Shown here: in pieces, positions 30,183 through 40,400 of the stretch
Numbering within the stretch: position 1 is the stretch's first letter
Layout: each line of letters opens with the position of its first letter
Origin: Escherichia coli
Lineage (GTDB): Bacteria > Pseudomonadota > Gammaproteobacteria > Enterobacterales > Enterobacteriaceae
Assembly: GCF_016026235.1 (NCBI RefSeq)
Contig: NZ_CP065613.1
DNA length: 64,000 nucleotides
Direction: 5' to 3' (one strand)
Notes under the pieces: generated by a model
The model's input: only the letters and a program-made list of their open reading frames with translations
Told to the model about the DNA's origin: nothing
Database searches by the model: none
Made by a program: the position numbers and the translations under genes

Positions 30183-30665
30183 ATGACGAAGAAAAAAGCA
30201 CATAAACCTGGTTCAGCGACCATCGCGCTTAACAAGCGCGCCCGTCACGAATACTTTATCGAAGAAGAGTTCGAAGCGGGACTTGCCCTGCAAGGCTGGG
30301 AGGTTAAATCCCTGCGCGCAGGAAAAGCCAATATCAGCGACAGCTACGTCCTTCTGCGTGACGGAGAGGCATTTCTGTTTGGCGCTAACATCACGCCAAT
30401 GGCCGTGGCCTCCACGCATGTGGTGTGCGACCCTACCCGTACCCGCAAGTTACTTCTCAACCAGCGCGAACTGGACTCATTGTACGGTCGCGTCAATCGA
30501 GAAGGCTATACCGTAGTGGCGCTCTCCCTGTACTGGAAAAATGCCTGGTGCAAAGTGAAAATCGGCGTCGCCAAAGGTAAGAAACAGCACGATAAACGTT
30601 CAGATATCAAAGAGCGCGAATGGCAGGTGGATAAAGCGCGTATCATGAAAAACGCCCACCGTTAA
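30183..30665 (+). CDS. smpB: SsrA-binding protein SmpB
   Basis: 160 aa [45 protein letters not shown]... Confidence 0.96.
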
Positions 30666-30879
30666 ACCTGTACTCCAATTATTGACCAGTTCCTCACCGC
30701 GCCTCCCTCTCCGGCGGCGCGAATGAACATCTTATTGGTTATCACATCCGACACAAATGTTGCCATTCCATTGCTTAATCGAATAAAAATCAGGCTACAT
30801 GGGTGCTAAATCTTTAACGATAACGCCATTGAGGCTGGTCATGGCGCTCATAAATCTGGTATACTTACCTTTACACATT

Positions 30880-31242
30880 GGGGCTGATTCTGGATTCGAC
30901 GGGATTTGCGAAACCCAAGGTGCATGCCGAGGGGCGGTTGGCCTCGTAAAAAGCCGCAAAAAATAGTCGCAAACGACGAAAACTACGCTTTAGCAGCTTA
31001 ATAACCTGCTTAGAGCCCTCTCTCCCTAGCCTCCGCTCTTAGGACGGGGATCAAGAGAGGTCAAACCCAAAAGAGATCGCGTGGAAGCCCTGCCTGGGGT
31101 TGAAGCGTTAAAACTTAATCAGGCTAGTTTGTTAGTGGCGTGTCCGTCCGCAGCTGGCAAGCGAATGTAAAGACTGACTAAGCATGTAGTACCGAGGACG
31201 TAGGAATTTCGGACGCGGGTTCAACTCCCGCCAGCTCCACCA
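30880..31242 (+). ncRNA. ssrA: tmRNA (SsrA), 363 nt
   Basis: Begins GGGGCTGATTCTGGATTCGACGGGATTTGCG, contains the tag-encoding segment GCAAACGACGAAAACTACGCTTTAGCAGCTTAA (ANDENYALAA) and ends with the tRNA-like GGTTCAACTCCCGCCAGCTCCACCA. Confidence 0.97.
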
Positions 31243-31445
31243 AAATTCTCCATCGGTGATTACCAGAGTCATCCGATGAAGTCCTAAGAGCCCGCACGGC
31301 GCAAGCCCTGCGGGCTTTTTTGTATCTGCAATTTGTCCCGCGAAGTCCGAAGAGAACTAATTAAATCCGAACCTTTTAGGCCCATTGATAGGCCCAACGA
31401 AAAGCTCTATTGTTTTCGTTGGGCCTAAACGCATGGAGACTCCCC

Positions 31446-32687
31446 ATGGCAAGAAAAACCAAGCCGTTAACCGATACGGAAATCAAAGCCGCCAAACCTA
31501 AAGATGCCGATTACCAGCTGTATGATGGTGACGGGCTTACTCTGTTAATCAAGTCCAGTGGTAGTAAGCTCTGGCAGTTCCGTTACTATCGACCTCTGAC
31601 AAAGCAGCGAACCAAGCAGAGCTTCGGTGCCTACCCTGCCGTCTCACTTTCTGATGCGCGTAAACTCAGAGCCGAATCTCGAGTTTTATTGGCAAAAGAT
31701 ATTGATCCTCAGGAACATCAGAAAGAACAGGTGAGGAATTCTCAAGAGGCCAAAACCAACACCTTCTTGTTAGTTGCCGAGCGTTGGTGGAATGTGAAGA
31801 AAGCCAGCGTGACAGAGGACTATGCCGACGATATCTGGCGCTCGCTTGAGAGAGATGTTTTTCCAGCAATCGGTGATATCAGTGTCACTGAGATTAAGGC
31901 TCATACTCTGGTTAAAGCAGTTCAGCCGGTTCAGGCTAGAGGTGCATTAGAAACTGTTCGCCGTCTTTGTCAGCGTATTAACGAAGTCATGATTTATGCG
32001 CAGAACACGGGCCTGATTGATGCGGTTCCCAGCGTAAATATCGGAAAAGCGTTCGAGAAGCCTCAGAAAAAGAACATGCCGAGCATCCGGCCTGATCAAC
32101 TGCCTCAACTGATGCAGACGATGCGAACAGCAAACATCAGCCAATCAACACGATGCCTGTTCATGTGGCAGCTTCTTACTATTACCCGTCCTGCCGAAGC
32201 CGCTGAAGCTCGATGGGATGAGATCGATTTTGAAGCTAAAGAATGGAAAATTCCTGCAGCTCGAATGAAGATGAACCGGGACCATACGGTTCCATTGTCT
32301 GATGGAGCTCTCGCTATTCTGGCAATGATGAAGTCACTCAGTGGTGGCCGAGAATTTATCTTTCCTAGTCGAATCAAACCAACCCAGCCGATGAATAGCC
32401 AAACAGTGAATGCAGCACTCAAACGTGCTGGATTGGGAGGCGTTCTCGTTTCTCATGGCTTGCGTTCTATCGCCAGTACCGCCCTTAATGAACAAGGCTT
32501 CCCACCTGATGTTATTGAAGCGGCGCTGGCTCATGTGGACAAAAATGAAGTACGTCGCGCTTACAATCGCAGCGATTATCTTGAGCAGAGACGCCCGATG
32601 ATGCAGTGGTGGGCAAACCTTATAAAAGCGGCAGATAGTATTCCTACCGTTTGTAACGAAGTAGCAGGTCTTAGATTGGTTGGGTAG
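31446..32687 (+). CDS. intA: P4/CP4-57-type tyrosine integrase (site-specific recombinase)
   Basis: ORF 31410..32687; start taken at MARKTKPLTDTEIKAAKPKDADYQLYDGDGL (413 aa); sits directly 3' of ssrA, the classic attachment site of CP4-57-like elements; C-terminal HGLRS and Y-containing catalytic region. Confidence 0.9.
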   Translation: MARKTKPLTDTEIKAAKPKDADYQLYDGDGLTLLIKSSGSKLWQFRYYRPLTKQRTKQSFGAYPAVSLSDARKLRAESRVLLAKDIDPQEHQKEQVRNSQEAKTNTFLLVAERWWNVKKASVTEDYADDIWRSLERDVFPAIGDISVTEIKAHTLVKAVQPVQARGALETVRRLCQRINEVMIYAQNTGLIDAVPSVNIGKAFEKPQKKNMPSIRPDQLPQLMQTMRTANISQSTRCLFMWQLLTITRPAEAAEARWDEIDFEAKEWKIPAARMKMNRDHTVPLSDGALAILAMMKSLSGGREFIFPSRIKPTQPMNSQTVNAALKRAGLGGVLVSHGLRSIASTALNEQGFPPDVIEAALAHVDKNEVRRAYNRSDYLEQRRPMMQWWANLIKAADSIPTVCNEVAGLRLVG

Positions 32688-32698
32688 TGGATTTAAAA

Positions 32699-32750
32699 TC
32701 TCAAGTGATTATCCTTAGAAAAGATAATCACTTGAGATAATTGAAATTTT
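32699..32750 (+). terminator. hairpin terminator after the integrase gene
   Basis: Perfect inverted repeat TCTCAAGTGATTATC-cttagaaaa-GATAATCACTTGAGA followed by AATTTTTATT. Confidence 0.7.
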
Positions 32751-33162
32751 TATTGGATTAAGGCAAAACCATGCTACATTAATTAAGATAGTTTAAAATA
32801 GCATTTATATAGATATATGTTACACTTTCTAAAAAAAATCGCGAAAAAGGAAATATGATAACAATCATATTTTAGAAGTTGACATAATACATACCAAATT
32901 TATCGTGCTATGAACACTACATTAACCTTTTATTTTTTCATAACAAGCAAGCAAAAATGATGAATACAATAGAAATTCACCGCAAACAACCAAACATAAC
33001 TCTAGCCCAGCACATACAAAATAAAAGACTACAACTTGGAAAAGAAATCTCCAAAAAATACAAGATTTATCTCGACTTAAGGTTCTGGTTTTTTTTAGAG
33101 ATATTGAGCTTGGGAATAATAACGATCGAGACTTAATTAATCTCCTACAAAAAATAAAGTAC

Positions 33163-34032
33163 TTGGTTGATAATGGAAAGGTAGTTTGCCCTATATCTGC
33201 TACTGTTTTTTTAGAACTAATGAAACAGAACGATATCGAAACAAGGATGGCCACAGCCAAAATTATTGATCATCTGAGTTTTGGAGTTACACTTATAGCT
33301 AGTCATGAGAGAGTCAAACAAGAATTATGTAATGCTACGTATTCGATTTTGGGAGCTAAGGACAGCATTCCAATTGATCAATTAGTATGGACCAAACTAA
33401 GTTATATTTTCGGCGATTACCATCCATACGATACATCTTTCGATGCAGCTGAAGAACTGATCATTCAGAAATCTTTTTTTGATCATATGTGGGATATTTC
33501 ACTCGTTGAAATGATGAACCATATCAACTATGAAAGCTGGGAACAATTTGATTGGCAGAAAACAACAGAAATGCTTAACTTGGCTAATAAAGAGCATACC
33601 AATGAGCTTAGAAGCTATCAACACGCATATCGTATTGAGTTCGACGGAGTGTTAAGCCTTTTCAACGAGCAATTAATCCAGATATTCAAAGAGGCTTACA
33701 AGGCCGGATATAACAATGATGAAATTAATAATAAGAAAAAATCAAAAAATGAAAAACTTAAACAATTTGCACAATTAGTCCGTACTTTACATATTGGTGC
33801 CTCTTGTCATGCTGCAGTAAGATGGGATCAGAAACGCCAGCTCAATGGTAATGATCTTTTAGATTTTCATCATGCCGAAGCAGCTTTAGGATATTGTGAT
33901 TTATTTTTGACTGAAAAACCTTTGAAAGTTCTAGTGAGTCAAGAACATTTGGGATTAAGAGAATTATTCTCATGCTCTGTTGAGTCATCAGCTAGTGAAG
34001 GGCTCAAGATACTTAACATGTGTAAAATATAA
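33163..34032 (+). CDS. hypothetical protein, AT-rich island cargo (no family recognised)
   Basis: 289 aa ORF (TTG start in the track; the true start may be an internal ATG); low GC; convergent with the 565 aa gene. Confidence 0.55.
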   Translation: MVDNGKVVCPISATVFLELMKQNDIETRMATAKIIDHLSFGVTLIASHERVKQELCNATYSILGAKDSIPIDQLVWTKLSYIFGDYHPYDTSFDAAEELIIQKSFFDHMWDISLVEMMNHINYESWEQFDWQKTTEMLNLANKEHTNELRSYQHAYRIEFDGVLSLFNEQLIQIFKEAYKAGYNNDEINNKKKSKNEKLKQFAQLVRTLHIGASCHAAVRWDQKRQLNGNDLLDFHHAEAALGYCDLFLTEKPLKVLVSQEHLGLRELFSCSVESSASEGLKILNMCKI

Positions 34033-34068
34033 AAATTAAGAATATTTCATATTACTAAATCTATAAAC

Positions 34069-34100
34069 TTTAGAGGTCATTTTCATAATTGAAGCTGACC
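34069..34100. terminator. hairpin between convergent island genes
   Basis: AGAGGTCA-ttttcataattgaagc-TGACCTCT inverted repeat. Confidence 0.5.
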
Positions 34101-34185
34101 TCTCACCCGCTCGATAAGTCTCACACAACTATGACTAAGATTGGCAAGTATTATCCCCCCCAATTATCATCTATTACAAAAATAG

Positions 34186-35883
34186 CTAATCATCTATTTT
34201 AAAATCAAAAATCCTTAAAATATCATTAAATGATGCTTCACATTGCCCCACAAGGCTAGTGAAGTGTGCACGTAGATTTTCATGATCGGTACGCGCTTCT
34301 AATATCGCTTTCTTCTTTTTTTCTGTAGAAGCATGTCCGCGTACTTCGGTTCGTAGAGCATGCAGTTTTTGCATAGGCTGAACTAACATTTTCGCTTCAT
34401 CTACTGTTGCACTTTTAGCAATAAGAGCTTCTTGTAGTATGCGCAAGGATCCCCATTTGGGTTCAATGATTCGGCCCTCATATTTAGCAATTTCACTCAG
34501 TGGCTTTGGTAAAAAGCCCTCAACTAAATACTGATCAAGCGCAAGGATTTCATCACCCCACTCTTTGATTGAATCTGTTGCAGGATACTGAACAGCGCCA
34601 CTCAATACTGTACCCCGTGGCTTCCACCAGGTGGGAGGATTCTTGTCCATTAGCGAAATTTTGTGTTTGAGTGCCAACAATGGTTCATTGGACAGATACC
34701 ATTCCCCAACAATATCCGTCTGAAATGCACGCTTAGAAATTGTTCCTTTTGGCCATTCATTGAAGGCTTGCCAATAGAGCTGTTCTTCATAAGGTAAATG
34801 AGCCAAATCACCAATGTATACATGAACTTGCCCGGCCTCATTAATATCATAGGATTTTAAATACCAAGCATTTCGACAAGCAATACTTCTTTCATCTAAA
34901 GTATATTTTTCTGGATCCGCCTTGAAACGATGTAACACTTCTGCTCTAAAAAAGGCAGGTGAAACTTCCCACGGTAATTTATTTTCTTGAAAATAGTTAG
35001 ATAGTGAGTCTGGTCCGCAAGATGTTTCAACATTGCAGCTATTTTTACGATCGTATATTTTAAAGGTTGCGTATTTCCTTTTAGATGGATTATCTTCATC
35101 CTTCCATGCTTTTACCAGACCGCGCACAGTTACTTGAGGGCGAATGATCATTACACCATTACAGTAACTGGCTTCCCCGTTAATACCACCATGATAAAAA
35201 AGACTCCCTTCATCTTTAGTATATCTGTTGATATTCCCCCAGCCAGCAAAATTACCCCATCTGACACGTGTAAAATCAAACTTTAAAACAAGACATGTTT
35301 TGGATAAAGCCATGAATGTATCTAAATCCTTTCTCTTAATAGTAACTATATCCAGATAGTTAAAAGGAGGTGAAATATTTTTGTTAATTATCCTGATTAC
35401 ATCTTCAATATCACCCCGTTCATCGAGACGACAATATGCATTTCTTTCTGGCAAGTAATATAACCCAAGGCTGTGCACAAGTTTCTGACTTAATTCGATA
35501 GGTGCACGGCCTTCTTCAACGCCATGAAACCTACGACGATAAATTAATGCCTCTCCCCCTTTGAACACCCCATCTAAAGGTGGCTCAAGATAAATACGAT
35601 GTCCTTGACCTCCACCCCATGACTTTTGAATCTTCCAACAATACTCAACATCCATACGCATATTCTGCAATGCCCATCTATCTGCTGTAGTAACATTTTT
35701 CTCTAGAGCTAGCGCGCCATGAATTAGGACACTATTTCCAATCGCGTAGATAACCACTTCATCATTTTGAGCATTTTCTTTCAGAAATTTAATTGACCTT
35801 TCAGCCTCTATTAACCAAGCGGCATCATCATTCTGTGGCTTTTCCGAAATAGCATGAAGCTCTGTGAATTTAAATTGGCTCAT
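34186..35883 (-). CDS. hypothetical protein, 565 aa (island cargo; no family recognised)
   Basis: Long uninterrupted ORF starting MSQFKFTELHAISEKPQNDDAAWLIEAERS...; AAGGA upstream of the ATG; lies directly downstream of the STAND operon. Confidence 0.7.
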   Translation of the reverse strand: MSQFKFTELHAISEKPQNDDAAWLIEAERSIKFLKENAQNDEVVIYAIGNSVLIHGALALEKNVTTADRWALQNMRMDVEYCWKIQKSWGGGQGHRIYLEPPLDGVFKGGEALIYRRRFHGVEEGRAPIELSQKLVHSLGLYYLPERNAYCRLDERGDIEDVIRIINKNISPPFNYLDIVTIKRKDLDTFMALSKTCLVLKFDFTRVRWGNFAGWGNINRYTKDEGSLFYHGGINGEASYCNGVMIIRPQVTVRGLVKAWKDEDNPSKRKYATFKIYDRKNSCNVETSCGPDSLSNYFQENKLPWEVSPAFFRAEVLHRFKADPEKYTLDERSIACRNAWYLKSYDINEAGQVHVYIGDLAHLPYEEQLYWQAFNEWPKGTISKRAFQTDIVGEWYLSNEPLLALKHKISLMDKNPPTWWKPRGTVLSGAVQYPATDSIKEWGDEILALDQYLVEGFLPKPLSEIAKYEGRIIEPKWGSLRILQEALIAKSATVDEAKMLVQPMQKLHALRTEVRGHASTEKKKKAILEARTDHENLRAHFTSLVGQCEASFNDILRIFDFKIDD

Positions 35884-35927
35884 GAGTAATATTCATATCC
35901 TTTTACTTTATCTATAACTGACATCAC

Positions 35928-35976
35928 TTATAAGTTATAAGTTATAAGTTATAAGTTATAAGTTATAAGTTATAAG
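35928..35976. repeat. perfect tandem heptanucleotide repeat (TTATAAG)x7
   Basis: 7 exact head-to-tail copies read directly from the sequence, in the 120-bp gap between the stop of the 482 aa gene and the start of the 565 aa gene. Confidence 0.95.
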
Positions 35977-36002
35977 TTCCCCTTATGAATTAAGAAATAA
36001 CA

Positions 36003-37451
36003 TCAAACAAATACCACCCCTCTCGTAATTTTTTCACTGAATCTGCCATAACTTCCATTACGATGGAATCTACGTACTTGCCAAGAGTAAAATGAGCGCA
36101 ATGACCCGGTATTTGTTATGTTTCTCTCGCGATATGTAGTGCCTCGCGATATGAGGGCTGTCCCACAATTACCTTGAATTTGCCCTAGCCTAGCTGGCCC
36201 CCATCCAGCATTCCAATAATAAAGCTCTGCGACGACTAGGTCCTTTAACTTAACCTGTAGACGCCCATCATGCGGGATGACTTCAAGAGAATTTTCTATG
36301 CCTGGCATCGTCGGTAAAAATAACCGGGATGGATACAAATCATGTTGTAGGTATCCTATCCGACCAAAATCGAGCATTCCCGCCAATGGCCAAGCCATAC
36401 AAGTTTTATTCACCAGTTGTTCAAAAGTTGGTGGAGTTATTAAGGTTGTTGTACTGAGTGGATCCGGAGCTTGGCTGGAAAGCATTTGTTCACGTGTCCA
36501 GAACGATTCAATATGGGATGTCAACGAGTCCGCTCCTTCCTTATCACTGCTTACAGTTTGTGACCACCGAACAATCGACAACTCTACGCACTGTTCCATT
36601 GACATTGAAATGGGCGAGCTAAATGCAATTAGCTCGTCTCCTGGGTTTGCCGCCTCTACTTGAGCAAAGAAAGTTCGCAATGAAGCCTCGATCGCCTTAC
36701 TATCACTTTTGAATTCAGTCGATACTGAGAGCCATTCGGGACGATAAGGTCGAAGAAAAGCCAAAGTTGGATGGATAGGCAACGCCAAGAGAGAATGTTG
36801 CTCGGTCAACTCCATTGGTATCCTCCAGATGTGTCTAGCCACAGCTAACGTGCGAAGATAAGCGGAAATTACGCGAAGGGCTGTTCGAGAGGAAAAATGA
36901 GGGGCAAAGCCCTCTCCCAAGGGCCGAATGAAATATCCTGCATCCCCTTGGTACGGTGCATTTGGATATGCCGTCCGGTTTTTTGTCCATTCGAAGGCCA
37001 TTTGTCGAATAAATGGACAGCGGGTAAAAGTTTCCAACTTGCTAATGGTTATATGGAAGATTCTTGGCAAATCCGTACCTTGAACACTATCAAAGTCATC
37101 GGGAATGATGAAGTCTTCTGGAGCTAGTTCCAAATCAGTATTCATGAGCAGAATCGATAACCCAAAATCTTTCATCAACAATGATGAAAGTGGTGAGGGT
37201 AGAAGAATATTCTCTGCCAACAAAGTCGTAGGAAAGTAGTTAAACTCTTTAATTGCCATCCAGAAAATACATAATACTTCGACAACCTCGGCTTCAAGTT
37301 TGCGCGAGCGCAGCAATTGAAGCAGCAATGATTCGGTTTCAGCTTTCGTCTCAGGCTCTCCCAGTCGAGCGGCAAGCTCCTGGATAGTCCACCACCGAGC
37401 AGACGTAGCAGGCCATCCAAGACGGGCAATAAGAATGCGAAGATCGTTCAT
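36003..37451 (-). CDS. hypothetical protein, about 482 aa, third gene of the STAND operon
   Basis: ORF 36003..37496; start more likely the ATG at 37451 (MNDLRILIARLGWPATSARWW...) because it overlaps the stop of the upstream gene as ATGA. Confidence 0.7.
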   Translation of the reverse strand: MNDLRILIARLGWPATSARWWTIQELAARLGEPETKAETESLLLQLLRSRKLEAEVVEVLCIFWMAIKEFNYFPTTLLAENILLPSPLSSLLMKDFGLSILLMNTDLELAPEDFIIPDDFDSVQGTDLPRIFHITISKLETFTRCPFIRQMAFEWTKNRTAYPNAPYQGDAGYFIRPLGEGFAPHFSSRTALRVISAYLRTLAVARHIWRIPMELTEQHSLLALPIHPTLAFLRPYRPEWLSVSTEFKSDSKAIEASLRTFFAQVEAANPGDELIAFSSPISMSMEQCVELSIVRWSQTVSSDKEGADSLTSHIESFWTREQMLSSQAPDPLSTTTLITPPTFEQLVNKTCMAWPLAGMLDFGRIGYLQHDLYPSRLFLPTMPGIENSLEVIPHDGRLQVKLKDLVVAELYYWNAGWGPARLGQIQGNCGTALISRGTTYRERNITNTGSLRSFYSWQVRRFHRNGSYGRFSEKITRGVVFV

Positions 37452-40400
37452 TTCACTTCCTGGGCGATTGGCTCGAGCAGTTTTGACATCCAGCAAGGTG
37501 GTTCTAAGGGCAAGGTCCGAGTATCCTCAATCACACAATTAACCATCGTCTCTGTGAACTTTACAGCTTCATCAATGCGATTTTGCTTAACGTAGAAATA
37601 GACCATAACTTCCGATGGAGCTAGGCGTGACGACACTGGCTCATCAAACATGTTGTAGGTTGTTACGGCCACAAATTCATCACAGCGCTGCGGATAATTT
37701 TGGACAACCAGGTCGAGTCTTTTGCAAGTCACATCCACGTTCTCCATGTAACCAATCCATCCCCCATTACGGATCTGTGCATGAACAAGATACTTCCAAG
37801 CTGCAGTTAAGCCACTTAATCTACGTTTTGTTTGAAATGCAAACTCGGAAAGATGTAGAGCTTCCCTCATCCATTTGTTGTTTTTTGCAAATAAAATCTT
37901 ATCCAGTTCGACGAGTAAATTTCGCCCCTGCTTTTGGCTTTCCCAGTGCTGATACCAAGTACGGAGAAGTTTTGGACGCTCTTTGTAATATGGTTCCAGA
38001 ACTTTGAGCAAGTCTTCCAATTGTTCAGGTCTAAAGACCGTCACATCACCTTCATAAGGTTTATTGTCAGCGTCACTACTTGAATTTTCGTGGCGTTGTA
38101 AACAACCAATATCCCATCCATTATGCTCTTCAAGAATGCGAAGCCGCTCGGAAGCAGTTGTACAACCATCCTCTACAAGTTGTTGAAGTGTATCCCGAAT
38201 TTCGGGATGAAGGCCTGTGCGCATTAGAGCATCCAGAGGCCACTCTTCAATGATTCCCTGTTTGATGTAGGCCTGCATACTGCTCTCGGCCAAAGCCCAG
38301 TCACCCACACATGTATGCTCTTCAAATTTTATTACCAATGCGGAAGGCTTCAGCTTTGCCAGTAGCCGATCTGCTTCAGCAAGAACATGTCTCGTACCCT
38401 TACCATCGGTGTAATCCAAAACATGGTGTATTTGCGGCGCAATTTTAGCCAGTAACCGACAAGCTTCTTTCGGCACTACATCAACTAAATAAGCGATGGC
38501 ATCAACCGTATTACTCAGTGTCGGATCTTTACGATGTCCGTATCCAGTGGTCAATTCCCACGTCTGCGTGCAAAGCTCACGAGCCTCCGAATTCAGTTGA
38601 TGGGAGATCGCTATCGCACAGAGTTGTAATGGTATTTGAAGATGTACACTGGTCTCATTTTGAATGTCTGCATCAAGTAACAAACGTTGAGCGCCAATGA
38701 ATGTTATAGCCGCTTCGTCGGCCATTCTGATCAATGAACCAGATGCGTACTGAGTGCGGAATGACGCACTATCGAACCAAGCGCATTGCAACGCAGCATC
38801 AATAGTCGATTGGGAAAGTACCACAGCACTAGTTCCCGAAAGCAGAACACTACCAATATATATATCGCAAGCAATACGGTGTAGTGCCGCTTGAAAGTCC
38901 GCCGTTGCCGATTTTCTAAAATAACTTTGTCTAAATCGCCGCGATTCAACAGGCTCGAGTAATTCATACAGCTCATGGAAGTTGATGAATTCCCCACACC
39001 ACCATCGTTGGGCTATTTGTGCACCAATTCCGGACAGTACATTGAGATAATCAGTAATATCTTCTCTATCTTCGTACATAGGGGCTTTGATGTGCTCGAA
39101 GTTTGTTTGCCCTTCTGCAATCATACAAAGATTCAGATGTACGGCACCAAACAGCCAGTGGTGCGTGAGAGTTGCCAAATTATCTTTGTGTTTGTAATAG
39201 CTGTCGCTTATCCAGTTCACCGGGATTGGTTGGCTCGAAGGAGTTGAGGTTTTGATTAACGCGACCTCTATTGCAGCCACAAATGGAGTTCTGACAAGTT
39301 CGTCGAAGTCCTCTCGCTCGGTCACTACTACCCCTGCAACCGCAGCCGCTCGTATACAAGCATCGCTAATTATGTTCTTTTTCTGTCCATCGGGTAGAGA
39401 AGCTGCTAGCAACATTAAATCATCCAAATTACCTTTTTGAATCAGCATTTGAACGCGAGGTAACCATATGTCCGGGCTATTTTTGTCGACTAACCAAGCG
39501 AGATTTTCAGATGTATCAGCGATAACGCCAAGCTGTGTAAATGCACTGGCCAGAAACAAGAGTTCATCAGAACCAGCCCTTGAATTATATTTATTGGAAA
39601 ATTGGCATAGGGCTCTGAACCGATGAAAGGCTTCTTCACCGCAAATTTCTGCCTGAATAATATCCCCTCGAGACAGTAAGGCCAGACCAAGTGCAACAAC
39701 GTGTAAAATATCCGTTTCATGCCTAGAGGCTATAGACTCACGTATCACACTTTCCTCTGAGGTTAGTGTCAATGTAAAAGATATGAGCCTAGCCAGATCG
39801 CTATCCTGCATCTGAAATTGACTTCCATCAACCATACGAGCTTTCAGATGCGCCAACCGGTAGGCATCTGAAAAATTTGCAGTTTCAAGCGCAGCGCTCA
39901 GGGCTTCTGACAATAATATCTCAAATAAAGCTTCTGAATATCCTTCTTTTAAGCGACTCATGATCCAGTCACGAGTTAAACCTGTAATGAGATTGTTGGG
40001 GTTACCAAGCTTCGCTTGAACTGTCCATAACCAGTTCACTCGTAGTGAAGTAGGTGCCTGATGTTCAAGCCAGTCTGCAATAACAGGCATTAATTCATTG
40101 ATTCGACTCTCATAGTCATCAGTTGCACGTACGAAAACAGCCAAACTTTCATGGAAGACTTTAAGACCAGCCACAGACGAATGGAGCAAATGCTCTACTT
40201 TATCCACATCTGGTTCCACCGCCTTAATTTTGGTAGCAATCTCTGAGAAGGCTGTCTTAGGCCAGAAAAAAGTAAAGGCACAGATAAGCCTTAGCGTATC
40301 CTTTTGGCTTGGAGCAAGACGTTCCCATAGAGATGCATAGTAAAATCGGGCGTCTTGGCTCAAGTCTCCCTTCAACTGCTCAATATCCCAACTGGATAGT

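Noticed and set aside
31243-31445. Search for a duplicated ssrA 3' end (attR) marking the far island boundary within the window
   Set aside because: I did not find a second copy of the GGTTCAACTCCCGCCAGCTCCACCA segment when reading the regions around 45.7-46.0 kb and 60.2-63.2 kb; the attR may lie outside the window or be degraded, so no att site is reported.
32922-33260. 112 aa minus-strand ORF in the AT-rich spacer after the integrase
   Set aside because: Extremely hydrophobic and low-complexity translation of AT-rich DNA, overlapping the start of the 289 aa plus-strand gene; likely spurious.
35928-35976. Possibility that the heptamer repeat or the autotransporter linker repeats (56395..56505) are CRISPR arrays
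   Set aside because: Units are 6-7 bp head-to-tail with no spacers, whereas CRISPR repeats are 24-48 bp separated by unique spacers; no cas genes are present in the window.
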